The notes: generated by a model from the letters alone, not told the origin. Shown: positions 44,135 to 55,718, counted from the stretch's first letter. The stretch: DNA of 64,000 nt from Candidatus Dadabacteria bacterium (GCA_963805855.1 CAWDVW010000007.1:320001-384000); one strand, 5' to 3'. Made by a program: numbers and translations.

Positions 44135-45691
44135 ATGAAGAAACTCAAGATTGGAATAATAGATTTTATAACTAAAGCACCAAATCGATCCTTGTGGGCA
44201 CGTCTCATGCATGCTAATCTCGCCGGAATTATGCCCCAAGTTATTGCCTGCTGGTGTGAAAGCCTTGGGCATGAGGTCTCGTTATTCCTATATACTGGCA
44301 TCGAGGACCTTGACAAAGAAGTGCCGAAAGACGTTGATGTCGTTTTTATTAGTGCATTTTCGCAATCTGCTTTGCAGGCATACGCATTAAGTAGTAGGTA
44401 TAGGCGCGACGGAGTGATCACCGTGCTAGGTGGCCCCCATGCTCGTTGTTATCCAGAGGATGCACAGAAGTACTTTGACTATATTCTGGGTATGACAGAT
44501 GAAAAACTATGCCGGGATCTGCTGCAGGGCTGCGCGCAACAACGACCCCTCGGGCAGTACTTGTCCGCACCTAGACAGCCAACGACTCTTCCGGGAGTCC
44601 GCGAACGCTGGAAGTATATCTCACAAGCGCTTGTAAAGGCCCCTTGGATAAAGGTTGTGCCAATGATCGGTAGTATGGGATGTCCTTATACCTGCAGTTT
44701 TTGCATTGATGCCAATCAGCCTTATCAACCCCTCGAATTTGATGTAATAAGGGACGATCTACGATTCTTACTAAAGAAGTTTGACCGGCCCCTCGTAAGC
44801 TGGTATGACCCGAATTTCGGTGTTAGGTTCGATGATTATATGGAAACGCTGGAGGAAGCGGTTCCAGCTAACAGTGTAGATTTTATTGCGGAGAGTAGTT
44901 TATCCATCCTTTCGGAGCCACACCTAAGACGCCTACAACATAATGGATTCAAGGCTATCTTACCTGGAATTGAATCTTGGTTTGATATGGGGAATAAGTC
45001 AAAAACCGGTCAGAGGCAGGGAATGGAGAAACTCATTGTTGTTTCAGAGCATGTGAACACGATTTTGCGCTATATCCCTTATGTGCAGACAAACTTTGTA
45101 ATTGGACTGGATAGCGATGAAGCCCCTGAATCATTTGAGTTAACAAAAAGATTTGTAGATATGTCACCTGCAGCCTTTCCTGCTTACCCACTTCTAACGG
45201 CTTTTGGCCAAGCTGCTCCAATAAATCTTCAATACCAACGCCAGAATCGGGTTATACCATTTCCTTTTCATTTCCTCAATAACAATCACGCTATGAATGT
45301 AAAGCCAAAAAACTATTCCTGGCCCGAATTTTATGATCATTTGATTGATCTGGCCGAGTATTCATTTTCATGGCGATCTATTTACAACCGTTTCCGCGCG
45401 ACTACTTCTAGAATACCAAGATGGATGAACCTTATGCGTGCGGTATCAAGCGAGGGATTTGGGAGAATCAAATTTTATCGAAAAGTTCGAAGCCTTCTGG
45501 ATACCGACAGAAAATTCAGAGACTACTTTGAAGGAGAAACCATCGATCTTCCGCAGTTTCACGCGAGTATTATTAAGAAAGACCTCGGTAAGCTATGGGA
45601 ATGGCTACCGTCGGGAGCACTGTATCACGACCCCAATGCTTATCTCAACGCGGAGCTACAAAAGAAAAATGAGCAGCGACTACGTGCTTAA
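44135..45691 (+). CDS. Cobalamin-binding-domain radical SAM protein
   Basis: N-terminal Rossmann-like domain with VLGGPH; GCPYTCSFC motif. Confidence 0.88.
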   Translation: MKKLKIGIIDFITKAPNRSLWARLMHANLAGIMPQVIACWCESLGHEVSLFLYTGIEDLDKEVPKDVDVVFISAFSQSALQAYALSSRYRRDGVITVLGGPHARCYPEDAQKYFDYILGMTDEKLCRDLLQGCAQQRPLGQYLSAPRQPTTLPGVRERWKYISQALVKAPWIKVVPMIGSMGCPYTCSFCIDANQPYQPLEFDVIRDDLRFLLKKFDRPLVSWYDPNFGVRFDDYMETLEEAVPANSVDFIAESSLSILSEPHLRRLQHNGFKAILPGIESWFDMGNKSKTGQRQGMEKLIVVSEHVNTILRYIPYVQTNFVIGLDSDEAPESFELTKRFVDMSPAAFPAYPLLTAFGQAAPINLQYQRQNRVIPFPFHFLNNNHAMNVKPKNYSWPEFYDHLIDLAEYSFSWRSIYNRFRATTSRIPRWMNLMRAVSSEGFGRIKFYRKVRSLLDTDRKFRDYFEGETIDLPQFHASIIKKDLGKLWEWLPSGALYHDPNAYLNAELQKKNEQRLRA

Positions 45692-45851
45692 ATGCCGTAC
45701 GTCATGGCTGCTCTTGGGGTGCGTTTACGATGCACAACTCAGGCTAGACTAGCTGCTACTGTTATATTATGGAGTGGTAAAACGGTCATATACATATTTG
45801 AAGATTCAAGCCTTTTTCGGTTTTCTGAATTTTATTCATCAAAAACTATTA

Positions 45852-46634
45852 TTAGTCCGTTACCGTTGGTACGGATTGGAGTTTCCTGCCGATTATTATT
45901 CCGTAACCAACGTACTTACTCTGGAAAATTTGTTCCGATTTTTTTATTCTAAAAAATCCATTTATTCCCCATGTTCTTAAGATTTTTAATATGATTTTGA
46001 AACGCTCCTTTACCCCCAATTTATCCTTTATGTTTATTATCCATTTTGGGAATAGGTAAGATTTATCCACTGTCTTCACATCTATGAGCCCGGCTCTCTC
46101 AAACAGATCTTTCCATCCCTCAATCGTCTCAGGTTTTTCACCTTCAATCTTGTCGAGGGGTTGCTTCATCTGCTCAGGCGTATCCTCTTTCCAGCAGATA
46201 TCGTGGATCCCTACATATCCTCCAGGACGTACGACTCTCACCATTTCAGCGATCGCTAGTTTTTTTTCAAGAACACATGTTGTGCACTCTGAAATTACAA
46301 CATCAAACGTGTTATCAGTAAAAGGTAAGTCGTGCGCATCAGCTTTTTTGAATTCAACAGTTAAGTTTTTTTCTTTCCCTTTCCTTCTGGCTTTTTCAAT
46401 CATGTAATCGGAGGCATCTATTCCGATAACGTGACAAGAGAAGCTCTCTGCCAAGTAACAGGCGCTGTGACCAGTTCCCGAAGCTACATCCAGAACTTTT
46501 GAGTTTCTTCCGACATGGCATAGTTCTGCGAGCTCTTTCGTTATTTCCAATTCCCCGGGATGGAAAATTTCCAATCCCAAATCTTGGCTTTCAATGAGAT
46601 TTTCTAGAGAGGGTTTTGCGTCTAGCGATTTCAC
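45852..46634 (-). CDS. Class I SAM-dependent methyltransferase
   Basis: FHPG, VLDVASGTG, LPFTDNTFD, VRPGG. Confidence 0.88.
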   Translation of the reverse strand: MKSLDAKPSLENLIESQDLGLEIFHPGELEITKELAELCHVGRNSKVLDVASGTGHSACYLAESFSCHVIGIDASDYMIEKARRKGKEKNLTVEFKKADAHDLPFTDNTFDVVISECTTCVLEKKLAIAEMVRVVRPGGYVGIHDICWKEDTPEQMKQPLDKIEGEKPETIEGWKDLFERAGLIDVKTVDKSYLFPKWIINIKDKLGVKERFKIILKILRTWGINGFFRIKKSEQIFQSKYVGYGIIIGRKLQSVPTVTD

Positions 46635-46660
46635 ATTCGTTTAATCAATGTCTTGTTAAA

Positions 46661-46895
46661 GGAAAGGCCGAATCATCGAAGGCAGCGATTCTAGTTCCTC
46701 TTGATGACGTATAAACCATTTTCCGTCGCTGTAAATATGCTGATACGCGACGCTTGGCGCTTCTCGAAAGGATTGACTATCTTGTGCACTCGTCTTCATG
46801 CCTGCCTAGACGGGCTGAAGCATAAGAGGATCAGCCTAACTCCTCAATAGCGAACCGCGTAAAAGGACGAACTCATCCGGCTACTGATCCGGCGC
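46661..46895 (+). mobile_element. Orphan structured segment resembling an IS110/IS1111 non-coding end (bridge/seek-RNA-like); no transposase present
   Basis: Two stem/internal-loop modules (see findings); the IS110 resemblance is from recall and unverified. Confidence 0.45.
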
Positions 46896-46928
46896 AGGAA
46901 TTCTAAACTACCATTCCCCCGAAATATG

Positions 46929-47468
46929 CTATTCCTGTTTTTCAGGAGGAGCTTGTTCCTTGCTCTCCATTTTCATCATTTGACCAGGCATCATAGGTGT
47001 CGGGGCCATAATTTTTTTGAAATTTTCCACACCAATTGTTTTTCTTATTGATACAAGGCCGTTTACGTAGAGATCAGCCATGGCAAGACTGATATCGTTA
47101 GAGTTTTTGATTTCCTCTTTTACCTTCGAGGGGTCAAAATTGGGGTCGTGCAACATATCCATGACCTTAATGTGGGAGATTTTAAAATCAGCATCTTTTT
47201 GAACGATCGGATACAGATACGTTTCATTTATCTTCGACAGCTCCTTTTTCTGTTCGTCGTTAAGATCCAGATTATTCGCTTTCATCAAAAGATGGTGAAT
47301 CATCATGCCATACATCGAAGTGTGCTTTCCCCCCATCATCCCGTGCATTCTCATCATACCCGGACCAGGCATACCCTTCTGTCCCGGTTTTTGCTGCACA
47401 GGGCCCTCTGCAAATGAGAAATTGGCCAAACACATTATGACAGCGATTGAAATTATAAATCTTCTCAT
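46929..47468 (-). CDS. Spy/CpxP-like Met-rich periplasmic protein
   Basis: Signal peptide, GM-rich stretch, LDLNDEQKKEL (LTxxQ-like). Confidence 0.75.
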   Translation of the reverse strand: MRRFIISIAVIMCLANFSFAEGPVQQKPGQKGMPGPGMMRMHGMMGGKHTSMYGMMIHHLLMKANNLDLNDEQKKELSKINETYLYPIVQKDADFKISHIKVMDMLHDPNFDPSKVKEEIKNSNDISLAMADLYVNGLVSIRKTIGVENFKKIMAPTPMMPGQMMKMESKEQAPPEKQE

Positions 47469-47637
47469 ATTTATTACCTCCTGAGTCCAATTATCATTTC
47501 AAATTGGTCTTATTTTACTTATTTAGATTTAAACCTATTTTGTGACGGTGTCAACATATTCAATCTCATGAAATCTCACTTCATCTACATTTTCTGTAAA
47601 TCCGTTCTGAGATAAAAATTTACTCATTTATGCTTGT

Positions 47638-47799
47638 TCATCTCTCAATTCTAAGAAATTTCGCATTTATGGCGACGATTACTGTACTCAGTGACATTAG
47701 CACAGCGCCTAGTGCTGGGCTCAGAAGTATTCTTAAAGGATATAGAACCCCTGCAGCGAGAGGGATAGCAACTACATTGTATCCGGTAGCCCAGGCAAG
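47638..47799 (-). pseudogene. copB: C-terminal remnant of a CopB-like P1B-type Cu ATPase
   Basis: Manual translation [53 protein letters not shown] (YN and MSLST motifs); the rest of the gene is absent. Confidence 0.85.
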
Positions 47800-47886
47800 G
47801 GATCCTGCCGGAATCAAGAAATAATCGGCTTTCCCTCCAGGGGGAAAATCCCTGTCCGGGGAACTCTCACTATTGTTGCTTTTGCT

Positions 47887-48441
47887 TTAAGGTTCATGAT
47901 GATGCTCATGAATATTTCCCTGGTCATGATTGGGCGCTTTTTCCTTTTCTATCATCGCTTTATATTCTTCGGGAGTCAGGTCGGGAAGCTGCCTCAGGAA
48001 GGCTACAATTGACCATAGTTCTTCTTCACTGTGAGTGGGTCCAAAGGCGGGCATTCCTGTCATTTTAATTCCGTTCTTGGTAATCCAATAGAGCTCCTCT
48101 GAGCTCAATTCCTCAATGACATCGGCGAGGTCTGGCGGTTCGGGATATAGTCCTTTCCCTATTTCGGAGGGTTTGACACCTGGAGCACCATGACATCCGA
48201 CACACATTTCATTATAGTGATTGAATCCCGTCTTAACCATTGAGTCATCATCAAGCGAAGGAACGGTAATACCTCCTGCATGGGATCTGATTGACTGTTC
48301 TGTCGCAGTGTTCAATATAAATTCTGTAAGTTTTGTGTGGGGCTTAGTAGCTGCGACATCATACTTCCCCATGTAGATGAAGATAAAAAAGCCTACGATA
48401 ACAAGTATAATAAAAATTAAGATTGTCCATATCACTTTCAT
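47887..48441 (-). CDS. Membrane-anchored monoheme cytochrome c with His-rich tail
   Basis: CVGCH, GIKMTGMPAF, HEHHHEP. Confidence 0.88.
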   Translation of the reverse strand: MKVIWTILIFIILVIVGFFIFIYMGKYDVAATKPHTKLTEFILNTATEQSIRSHAGGITVPSLDDDSMVKTGFNHYNEMCVGCHGAPGVKPSEIGKGLYPEPPDLADVIEELSSEELYWITKNGIKMTGMPAFGPTHSEEELWSIVAFLRQLPDLTPEEYKAMIEKEKAPNHDQGNIHEHHHEP

Positions 48442-49083
48442 CTCTTACCTCCTTATTGCAAAGTCATTATCTATTATCTTGATTCATATTACCATAACAT
48501 GATTATTTATTATCATATAAATTGTTATTGAGTCATGAAGCAAGGAATTGGGAGTCCTTGTTATCTGCCATGAACTTATTTGATGGTGGCATCACGACGG
48601 TGTGATAGTGAATGGCAATACAGAAAGCAGCGACCTGTACACATTTTCTCTATTCAGAGAGTGATATGGGTTTCTCGTTTTTTTATGAATAATCTGAAAA
48701 AATGTAAGAAGTGCAAGTGATGCCGATTTCGAGTTCAAATAGAAACTTCAAAGTCTAAAATGCTTTTCTCTGTGTAGTAAAGTAATAGTTTATGAATACG
48801 TTGTAATAGCCTGTAAATATTATATGATTATTAAATTATAGTTTTTTAAATGCTCAACTTTCTTCACTTCCCTATTGCAAATAGTCAGTGGAATTTTAAA
48901 AGGTGTTAAAATCATAAACGTCAAGACCTCCTACCGTTGGACCTACTTTTCAATTACTAATATCAATTTCATCAATGTGACTCAAAAAAAGTAATTTTAT
49001 GCGCAATCCGGTAGAATATTATGCGGGTTAGTGTTCATTCATAGGTTTTATAAGAAATTTATTTCACAAAGGGCTTGAAAAAC

Positions 49084-49551
49084 ATGATAGTAAAGTCATT
49101 GTATCTTATTTTCCTAGTACTCGCATTGATTAGTTGCAGTGCTGACAAAGGGGAGTGCCCATTTTGTTATGTAAAAATGCCACACGACGCAAGGGTCATG
49201 GTTTCAGTTGAGGGCGAATCGACACCTAAAATGGCTTGTAGCATCACCTGCGTTCTCAATTATCAGAGAACAACTGGAAAGGAAATTAAATTTCTACGCG
49301 TTTCTGACTTTTATTCCGGAAACTTTTTGAACCCCCAAAAGGCATTTTATGTAATAGGAAGCGATGTAAATCCTTTTCATAAATACTTGCATAGTCATCT
49401 TTTCTCCGACTCTAGGACTCCATTTTATTTGGATTGGAGTAGGTACACACCGACGGTACTTGCCTTTGCCTCCAGAGACGATGCTGAAAAATTTCAAAGA
49501 GATCATGGGGGGAGAGTTGCTACATCTTCCATACTACAGCTAGATAAATAG
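49084..49551 (+). CDS. NosL-family copper-binding lipoprotein
   Basis: Lipobox LISC; CPFC..KM, CSITC, AFYVIGSD, AFASRDDAEKFQRDHGG. Confidence 0.8.
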   Translation: MIVKSLYLIFLVLALISCSADKGECPFCYVKMPHDARVMVSVEGESTPKMACSITCVLNYQRTTGKEIKFLRVSDFYSGNFLNPQKAFYVIGSDVNPFHKYLHSHLFSDSRTPFYLDWSRYTPTVLAFASRDDAEKFQRDHGGRVATSSILQLDK

Positions 49552-49686
49552 TTATCTTTTAGACCCAGAGAAAAATCAAATATATAATAAGAAAGTATTC
49601 TTTTTTTATATAGTCCTATCGGCTCAATGCTAGTTTACCCGTTTTTACCGCCGGTTAGGATTCGGAAAATAGCCTATACAATTAGA

Positions 49687-50694
49687 CTAAGTCTTTACAT
49701 TCCTTAGAAATTCTGCTGTTTCTTCCGGAAGGGAAGTATTTATGAAGATTCCCGAGCCGATTTCAAACCCGGCCACTGTTGTGAGTCTTGGTATGATCTG
49801 AATATGCCAGAGGTAATAGCTCTTATTTTCGTCGTCCACGGGTGCAGTATGGATCACGAAGTTAAAGTCAGGATTATTGAGTGACTTATAAATCTTTAGT
49901 AGGGTGATTTGTAACATGCTTGCAAGGTCAGGAATGTCTTCGGTAGGGATGTTGCCAAAGGAGGATAAATGCCTTCTCGGAGCTATCCATGTTTCAAAGG
50001 CGGAACGGGAAGCAAAGGGATGAAAAACAACGAATTTATCCGTTTTTAAAACTATTCGTTTTTCAGCCGTCAATTCATCCTCACATATATCGCAGTATAT
50101 GCACCTTCCTGTATCGTCGAAGTACGCAGTAGCAACTTCATACTTTTTTCTTACGTGCATTGGCACTACGGGAGTTGCCACAAGCTGTGAATGGGGATGA
50201 ACCAGCGAAGTACCGGCCGATTCTCCGTGGTTCTTAAAAATTATAATCAGCTTAATCATAGGGTCTTTTTTTAATGCGTTATATCTTTCCCTATACGCCC
50301 TTAAAATATCCTCTACCTCTTTTTGATTCATGAGAGGGATGAGCCTATTATGGTATGGGCTTTCAATAATTACCTCGTGGGCGCCGATACCGTCCATTTT
50401 TCTGAAAAACTTGTTTTCCTTTCTTTCTATTGTTCCTCCGCGTACTAGTGCGGCGTACTTATTGGGAGTTACTCTTACAAGCCAGTTTGACTCACTGGCT
50501 TTATTTGATTCGGTATAAGCAAGCACTTCTGGAGGGGTCTGGGATTCGTTGCCTGGACAAAATGGGCAAGAAGCAACAAATGGGGGCAATTCTTCTTTGT
50601 CACCCCTTCTTATAAAGTCATGCGGTCTCTTACCCCTTTCCGTCGCAATAATCACCCATTCTTTAGTGGTAGGGTCTTGTCGAATCTCCGGCAT
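49687..50694 (-). CDS. galT: Galactose-1-phosphate uridylyltransferase family (GalT)
   Basis: ERGKRP, CPFCPGNE, GTSLVHPHSQ. Confidence 0.9.
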   Translation of the reverse strand: MPEIRQDPTTKEWVIIATERGKRPHDFIRRGDKEELPPFVASCPFCPGNESQTPPEVLAYTESNKASESNWLVRVTPNKYAALVRGGTIERKENKFFRKMDGIGAHEVIIESPYHNRLIPLMNQKEVEDILRAYRERYNALKKDPMIKLIIIFKNHGESAGTSLVHPHSQLVATPVVPMHVRKKYEVATAYFDDTGRCIYCDICEDELTAEKRIVLKTDKFVVFHPFASRSAFETWIAPRRHLSSFGNIPTEDIPDLASMLQITLLKIYKSLNNPDFNFVIHTAPVDDENKSYYLWHIQIIPRLTTVAGFEIGSGIFINTSLPEETAEFLRNVKT

Positions 50695-50962
50695 AATTTA
50701 ATTCCTTATTCTAGGTATTCTGATAGATTATCATGAGAGTCTATTTGGGCCTAAATTTACGACTTATCCTCGGGATATCTTTTAATTCGATTCAGATAAC
50801 TTCTCATCAGCCTAATTGCGTTTTTGTAATCCCTGCCCAAGGTAAATTGCTGCCACAGGCATACGTGAGAATGGTAACAATTATTAGCAATATAACGTTT
50901 TCCATTTAGATATCCAGTTGTTTTAAAATCTTATAAATTTCCTTATAGATGTCAGTGTTTTT

Positions 50963-53900
50963 TCAATCTTCGATTTTTGATAGGCCCCTTCCCCTCCAGA
51001 TTTCATAAATTGCAGGGATTATGATGAGTGTGAGAATCGTTGATGTTACGAGGCCACCCACCATAGGTGCTGCAATACGTTTCATTACGTCGGCGCCTGC
51101 CCCGTGACTCCACATAAGTGGAAGAAGCCCCATTATCATTGCCATAACGGTCATCATTTTCGGTCTAACCCTTTGTACCGCTCCGTCGTGTATGGCCTTT
51201 GCCAGGCTCTTTGAATCTTTTTGCCCTTCTTTAATCATCTTCTCATAAAACTCATCGAGGTAGATGATCATTACCACCCCTGTTTGAGCGGCAAGCCCAG
51301 CAAGAGCGATAATCCGACCCATGCCGCGACACTCATATTATATCCCAGAATATACAGGAGCCATATACCGCCGACAAGGCGAAAGGAACAGAAAGAATTA
51401 CATAAGTTTCCGTGATTGAATTAAAATTCAAGAATAAAAGGAGAAAGATTATTAGAAGAGTAAGAGGTACTACTAATTTCAGTCTCTCTTTTACCCTGTG
51501 CAGATATTGATACTGTCCGGCCACTCCATGTGATATCCCGGCGGTAGCTTTACATTTTCTCAACAACTTTTTTCGCTTTTTTTACATAACCCAATATTCC
51601 TTCCCCTCATGTCAACATAAACATAGCCAACCTTTTGCCTCCTCCTTTTTTATCTCCGGATGGGCCCGATTGAAATACGAATATCGGCCAACTGGTCTAT
51701 TGGAATCTGCGCGCCAGAGGGTGTGGAACAAAACTCTTTCAAGCTCCTTATGTCCATTCGTAGTTCCCTTGATATCTAACATTTACAGGATATCTCTCCG
51801 GACCTTCGATAGTCCTTGTAATATTATTACCCCCAATTGCTGTTTCTATAACATCTTCTACATTCTCAACATTCAGTCCATAGCTGCTGCTTGATCGCGT
51901 TTGATACTCAAAGTCCAAGAAGTATCCACCCGTTATCCTTTCTGCAAACACACTCCTCGTTCCCGGGAATCCCTGAAGCGCACCTTCTATTGTATTTCCT
52001 ATTTCCTCGATTTTTAAGCTAGGCCCAAAAACCTTTATCCCGATAGGTTCTAAAGCCCGTTGTTAGCATCTCAACGTTTGCTTTTATGGGCATCCAGAAT
52101 ATGTTCGCCATTCCGGGAAATTTTACATTCTGATTCATTTCAGATACCAGCATGTCCCATGTCATTCCTTTTCGCCACTCGCTCCTTTGGCTTGAGGGTA
52201 ACCACAGTTTCAACCATGCTGAGAGGGGCCGGATCAGTAGCCGTCTCCGCGCGACCAATTTTTCCGAAACACCCGCTCAACCTCGGGAACTCCATTAGCA
52301 TTTTATCCTGGGTATGGAGAATTTTCGCGGCTTCGGTTATAGAGATTCCCGGCACTGCGGTACGGCATGTAGAGTATCGTCCCTTCGTTCAATGCGGAGG
52401 CATGAATTCGGAGCCGAGCTGGAGAAAGGGAAAAATGGTTAAGATCAGAATTACAGCTGATGCTAATAAAACTGTTTTTTTGAAACGGAGAACTAACGTT
52501 ACCACAGGATCATAGAGCTTTATAAGTAATCGGCTTATCGGGTTTTCTCTTCCGGCCTGATTTTTCCCTTTATCAGAAGGACGATTAAAGCGGGGTGATC
52601 GTTATTGCTAGAAGAGGGCAAAGAACATGGAAAATGTTTTTGTGAAGGCGAGGGGTTTAAATAGCCTTCCCTCCTGGGATTCCAATGTAAATACAGGTAA
52701 GAAAGAAACCGTTATGATAAAAAGTGAAAAGAAAATCGGTCTTCCCACCTCTTTCATCCCATCGAGAATAACATCGAGTCTTCGTCCTTTTCCCCTCTGT
52801 CTGCCATTTCTCGAGCTTCTTGTGCACATTCTCCACAAGCACTATTGAGGCATCGACCATAGCCCCTATAGCAATCGCTATTCCACCGAGAGACATAATA
52901 TTAGAGGTTAGCTTCATGTAGTACATGGGTATAAAGGCCATTAAAACGGCGAGCGGGATCGTCAGGATAGGAATTATCGAGCTCCTGAAAGTGAAAAAGA
53001 AAAATCACAATGACGATACTTACTATAATACTCTCCTCAATGAGTTTTCCCTTCAGCGTCTCGATAGCGCGGCGATGAGGTCAGAGCGATCGTAAGTGGT
53101 TACTACTTTACACCCTTCGGGCAGAGACGGCTTTATATCTTCGATTTTTTCTTTACCTTTCGATAACATTGAGAGCATTCTCGCCGTAGCGCATAATGAC
53201 GATTCCTCCTACCGTTTCTCCTTTTCCGTCTAGCTCGGCTAGCCCCTTCTCATATCGGATCCGAGCTGCACGTTTGCGATATCCCGTATATAGACAGGAG
53301 TACCATTACCATTTGTGCCCACAAGGACCTTCTCGATGTCTTCAACCGATTTTATGTATCCCCTTCCCCTTACGAAGAATTCTGTAGTGGCGAACTCGAC
53401 AACCCTTCCTCCCACGTCGTTATTGCCCTTCCTAATTGCTTTTATAACCTGATTTATCGGTATACCATATGCGAAGAGTTTATTCGGATCAATTTCTATC
53501 TGATATTGCTTTACAAAGCCTCCCACACTTGCAACCTCAGCAACCCCGGGTACAGCTTCAAGCCAATACCGAAGATACCAATCTTGGAATGAACGCAGTT
53601 CGGCTAGATCGTTTTTTCCGCTTTCATCTACAAGGGCGTATTCAAAGACCCATCCAACCCCTGTTGCGTCCGGTCCTAATGTGGGGGTGACCCCTTCGGG
53701 AAACTTTCCTGTAACTTCGTTCAGATATTCAAGTACACGGCTCCTTGCCCAATATATATCCGTCCCATCCTCGAATATTATATATATAAAGGACAGTCCA
53801 AACATCGACTGTCCGCTAACAAACTTGACTTTGGGGGCGGCAATCATAGTGGTGACAATTGGGTATGTAATCTGGTCTTCAACGAGGTCTGGACTACGAC

Positions 53901-54063
53901 CTTCCCATTCGGTAAATACTATAACTTGGGCGTCAGAGAGGTCTGGAATTGCATCCAGTGGTGTATTTTTCATCGCCCAGAATCCCCAGCTGGCAACGAA
54001 TAATACGAAGACTACAGTTAAGAATTTGTTCCTCGCAGTAAACTCAATAATTTTCTCTATCAT
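50963..54063 (-). pseudogene. cusA: CusA/SilA heavy-metal RND transporter with many frameshifts
   Basis: DAIPDLSD, LGPDATGVGW, NIMSLGGIAIAIG, AETATDPAP and RPKMMT segments in different frames. Confidence 0.9.
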
Positions 54064-54104
54064 TTCTCTTCCCCTTAGTATGTTTTCCGTTGAGTTTTAG
54101 TTTC

Positions 54105-55611
54105 TTAATTCCATTCACATTCATAAATCAATGGATATGTCTCTGGCCTCGACTCTTGGGTCTTTCCCGGCTCCTTTTCGAATTCCATCTCATATGTAGG
54201 TTCACTTTTTTCTGGTGGATTCTCACCCCAAGTTGCCACCGCGGCCTGGATCTGGCTCTCCGCATCAATCAGGAAATTTGCGCGGGACACAACGGCGTCT
54301 CCTTTATTTAAGCCTCTCAGTACCTCATAATAATCATCGACTTTTTGACCTAGTTCGACCCTTCTTATCTGCATTTTCCCTTCCCCCATGTCCACAAAAA
54401 CGAGGTCTTGTTTTCCCGTTCGTAAAACCGCGCTGGCGGGGATGGTCAATTTTTCGCCCAGCGGAATCTCGATCTCGACATTGGCGTACATTTCAGGGAG
54501 GAGTTTTAAATCAGGATTTGGAAACTCTATTCGGACTTTTGTTGTCCTGGTCTCAGGCTGAAGGTGCGGCCATATGAACGTGACCTTTCCAGTGAAGACT
54601 TGGCCTGGAAGAGAAGCAACAGTCATCGAAACTTCTTGACCCAGCTTAACGAGCGAAATTTCATTCTCGTATATGTCCGCGTTAACCCAAACGTTGCTAT
54701 GATCTGCAATCTTATAGATTATTGTGTTTGGTTCTACAAACATGTTTTCAAAGGCGTTCTTGTACATGACATGACCCGAGATGGGAGAATAAATCACAAG
54801 GCTCTTCTTTACCTTTCCGGTTTGCTCTAGATCCCTGATTTGCTGTTCTGAAATGTCCCAGAGCTCTAGTCTCCTCTTCGAAGCTTCTAACAGGGAGTTA
54901 GCGCTATCTGAGATCTCGACGAATTTGCTGTCTCCTAGAATCCTTTTAGATTTTAGGGCAAGAAGATATTCCTCCTGGGTCGAAACAAGTTCGGGGCTAT
55001 AGATTGAAAATAGGGAGTCTCCTTTTTTTACGTGCTGCCATGTGTAATCAACAAACACCTTTTCAATCCATCCGCTTATCTTTGTGTGTATCTGCTCGAT
55101 CTTGGTTTCATCGAGCACTACCATTCCCACGGTACGGATGACCTTTGTCATATCTCGGGTGGTGACGGGCTCTCGTCTTAACACCGATGATTTGCTGCCG
55201 TTCCGGGGATACGATAAATTTGGACGGTGAATCCATACCTTGCTTGTCCGAAGAAGATTTTTCCATGCTCATTCCAGGCATATGATGCATTCCCTGCATG
55301 TCGTTCAATTTCTCACGCGGTTTTTCTTCATTCGAAGTTTGTTTTTTCATCACCGGTACTAAATCCATCTTGCAAATTGGGCAGGTTCCGGGATCTTTAA
55401 GCCTCACGGATGGATGCATTGTGCAGGTCCAGTATTCGATGTCTCCTTCTTCAGTAAGTACGGGCCTATACTGATGTTCATGGCCTTTAGAAAAGAGGGG
55501 AATCTCTTTCAAAACGGGGATCTTGTAGCCGAATTTGTAGAGAACTATGGCAACAAAAATTATGACGATGAAAACGGAAGCAATCTTTAGCATTTTTTTT
55601 CTATTAATCAT
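54105..55611 (-). pseudogene. cusB: CusB-like membrane fusion protein, frameshifted near 55175
   Basis: YWTCTMHP...CPICKMDL metal-binding domain in one frame; YSPEL, LLPEMYA, FLIDAES in another. Confidence 0.88.
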
Positions 55612-55619
55612 TTCAGTGT

Positions 55620-55718
55620 CCTCCCAATTAATTTCCTCCCCCACGAGTGGGGGAGGATTAAGGTGGGGGTTTACCTGCACCCCCATCCTCACCTTCCCCC
55701 TCAAGGGGGAAGGGAAGA
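55620..55718. repeat. Purine/pyrimidine-tract REP-like double hairpin between cusC and cusB
   Basis: CCTCCCCCACGAGTGGGGGAGG and CCTTCCCCCTCAAGGGGGAAGG hairpins with linkers in inverted arrangement. Confidence 0.75.

Noticed and set aside
48700-48730. Possible sigma54 promoter (TCGGCATCACTTGCA) upstream of the cytochrome c gene
   Set aside because: The GG-to-GC spacing is 8 nt, not the required 10
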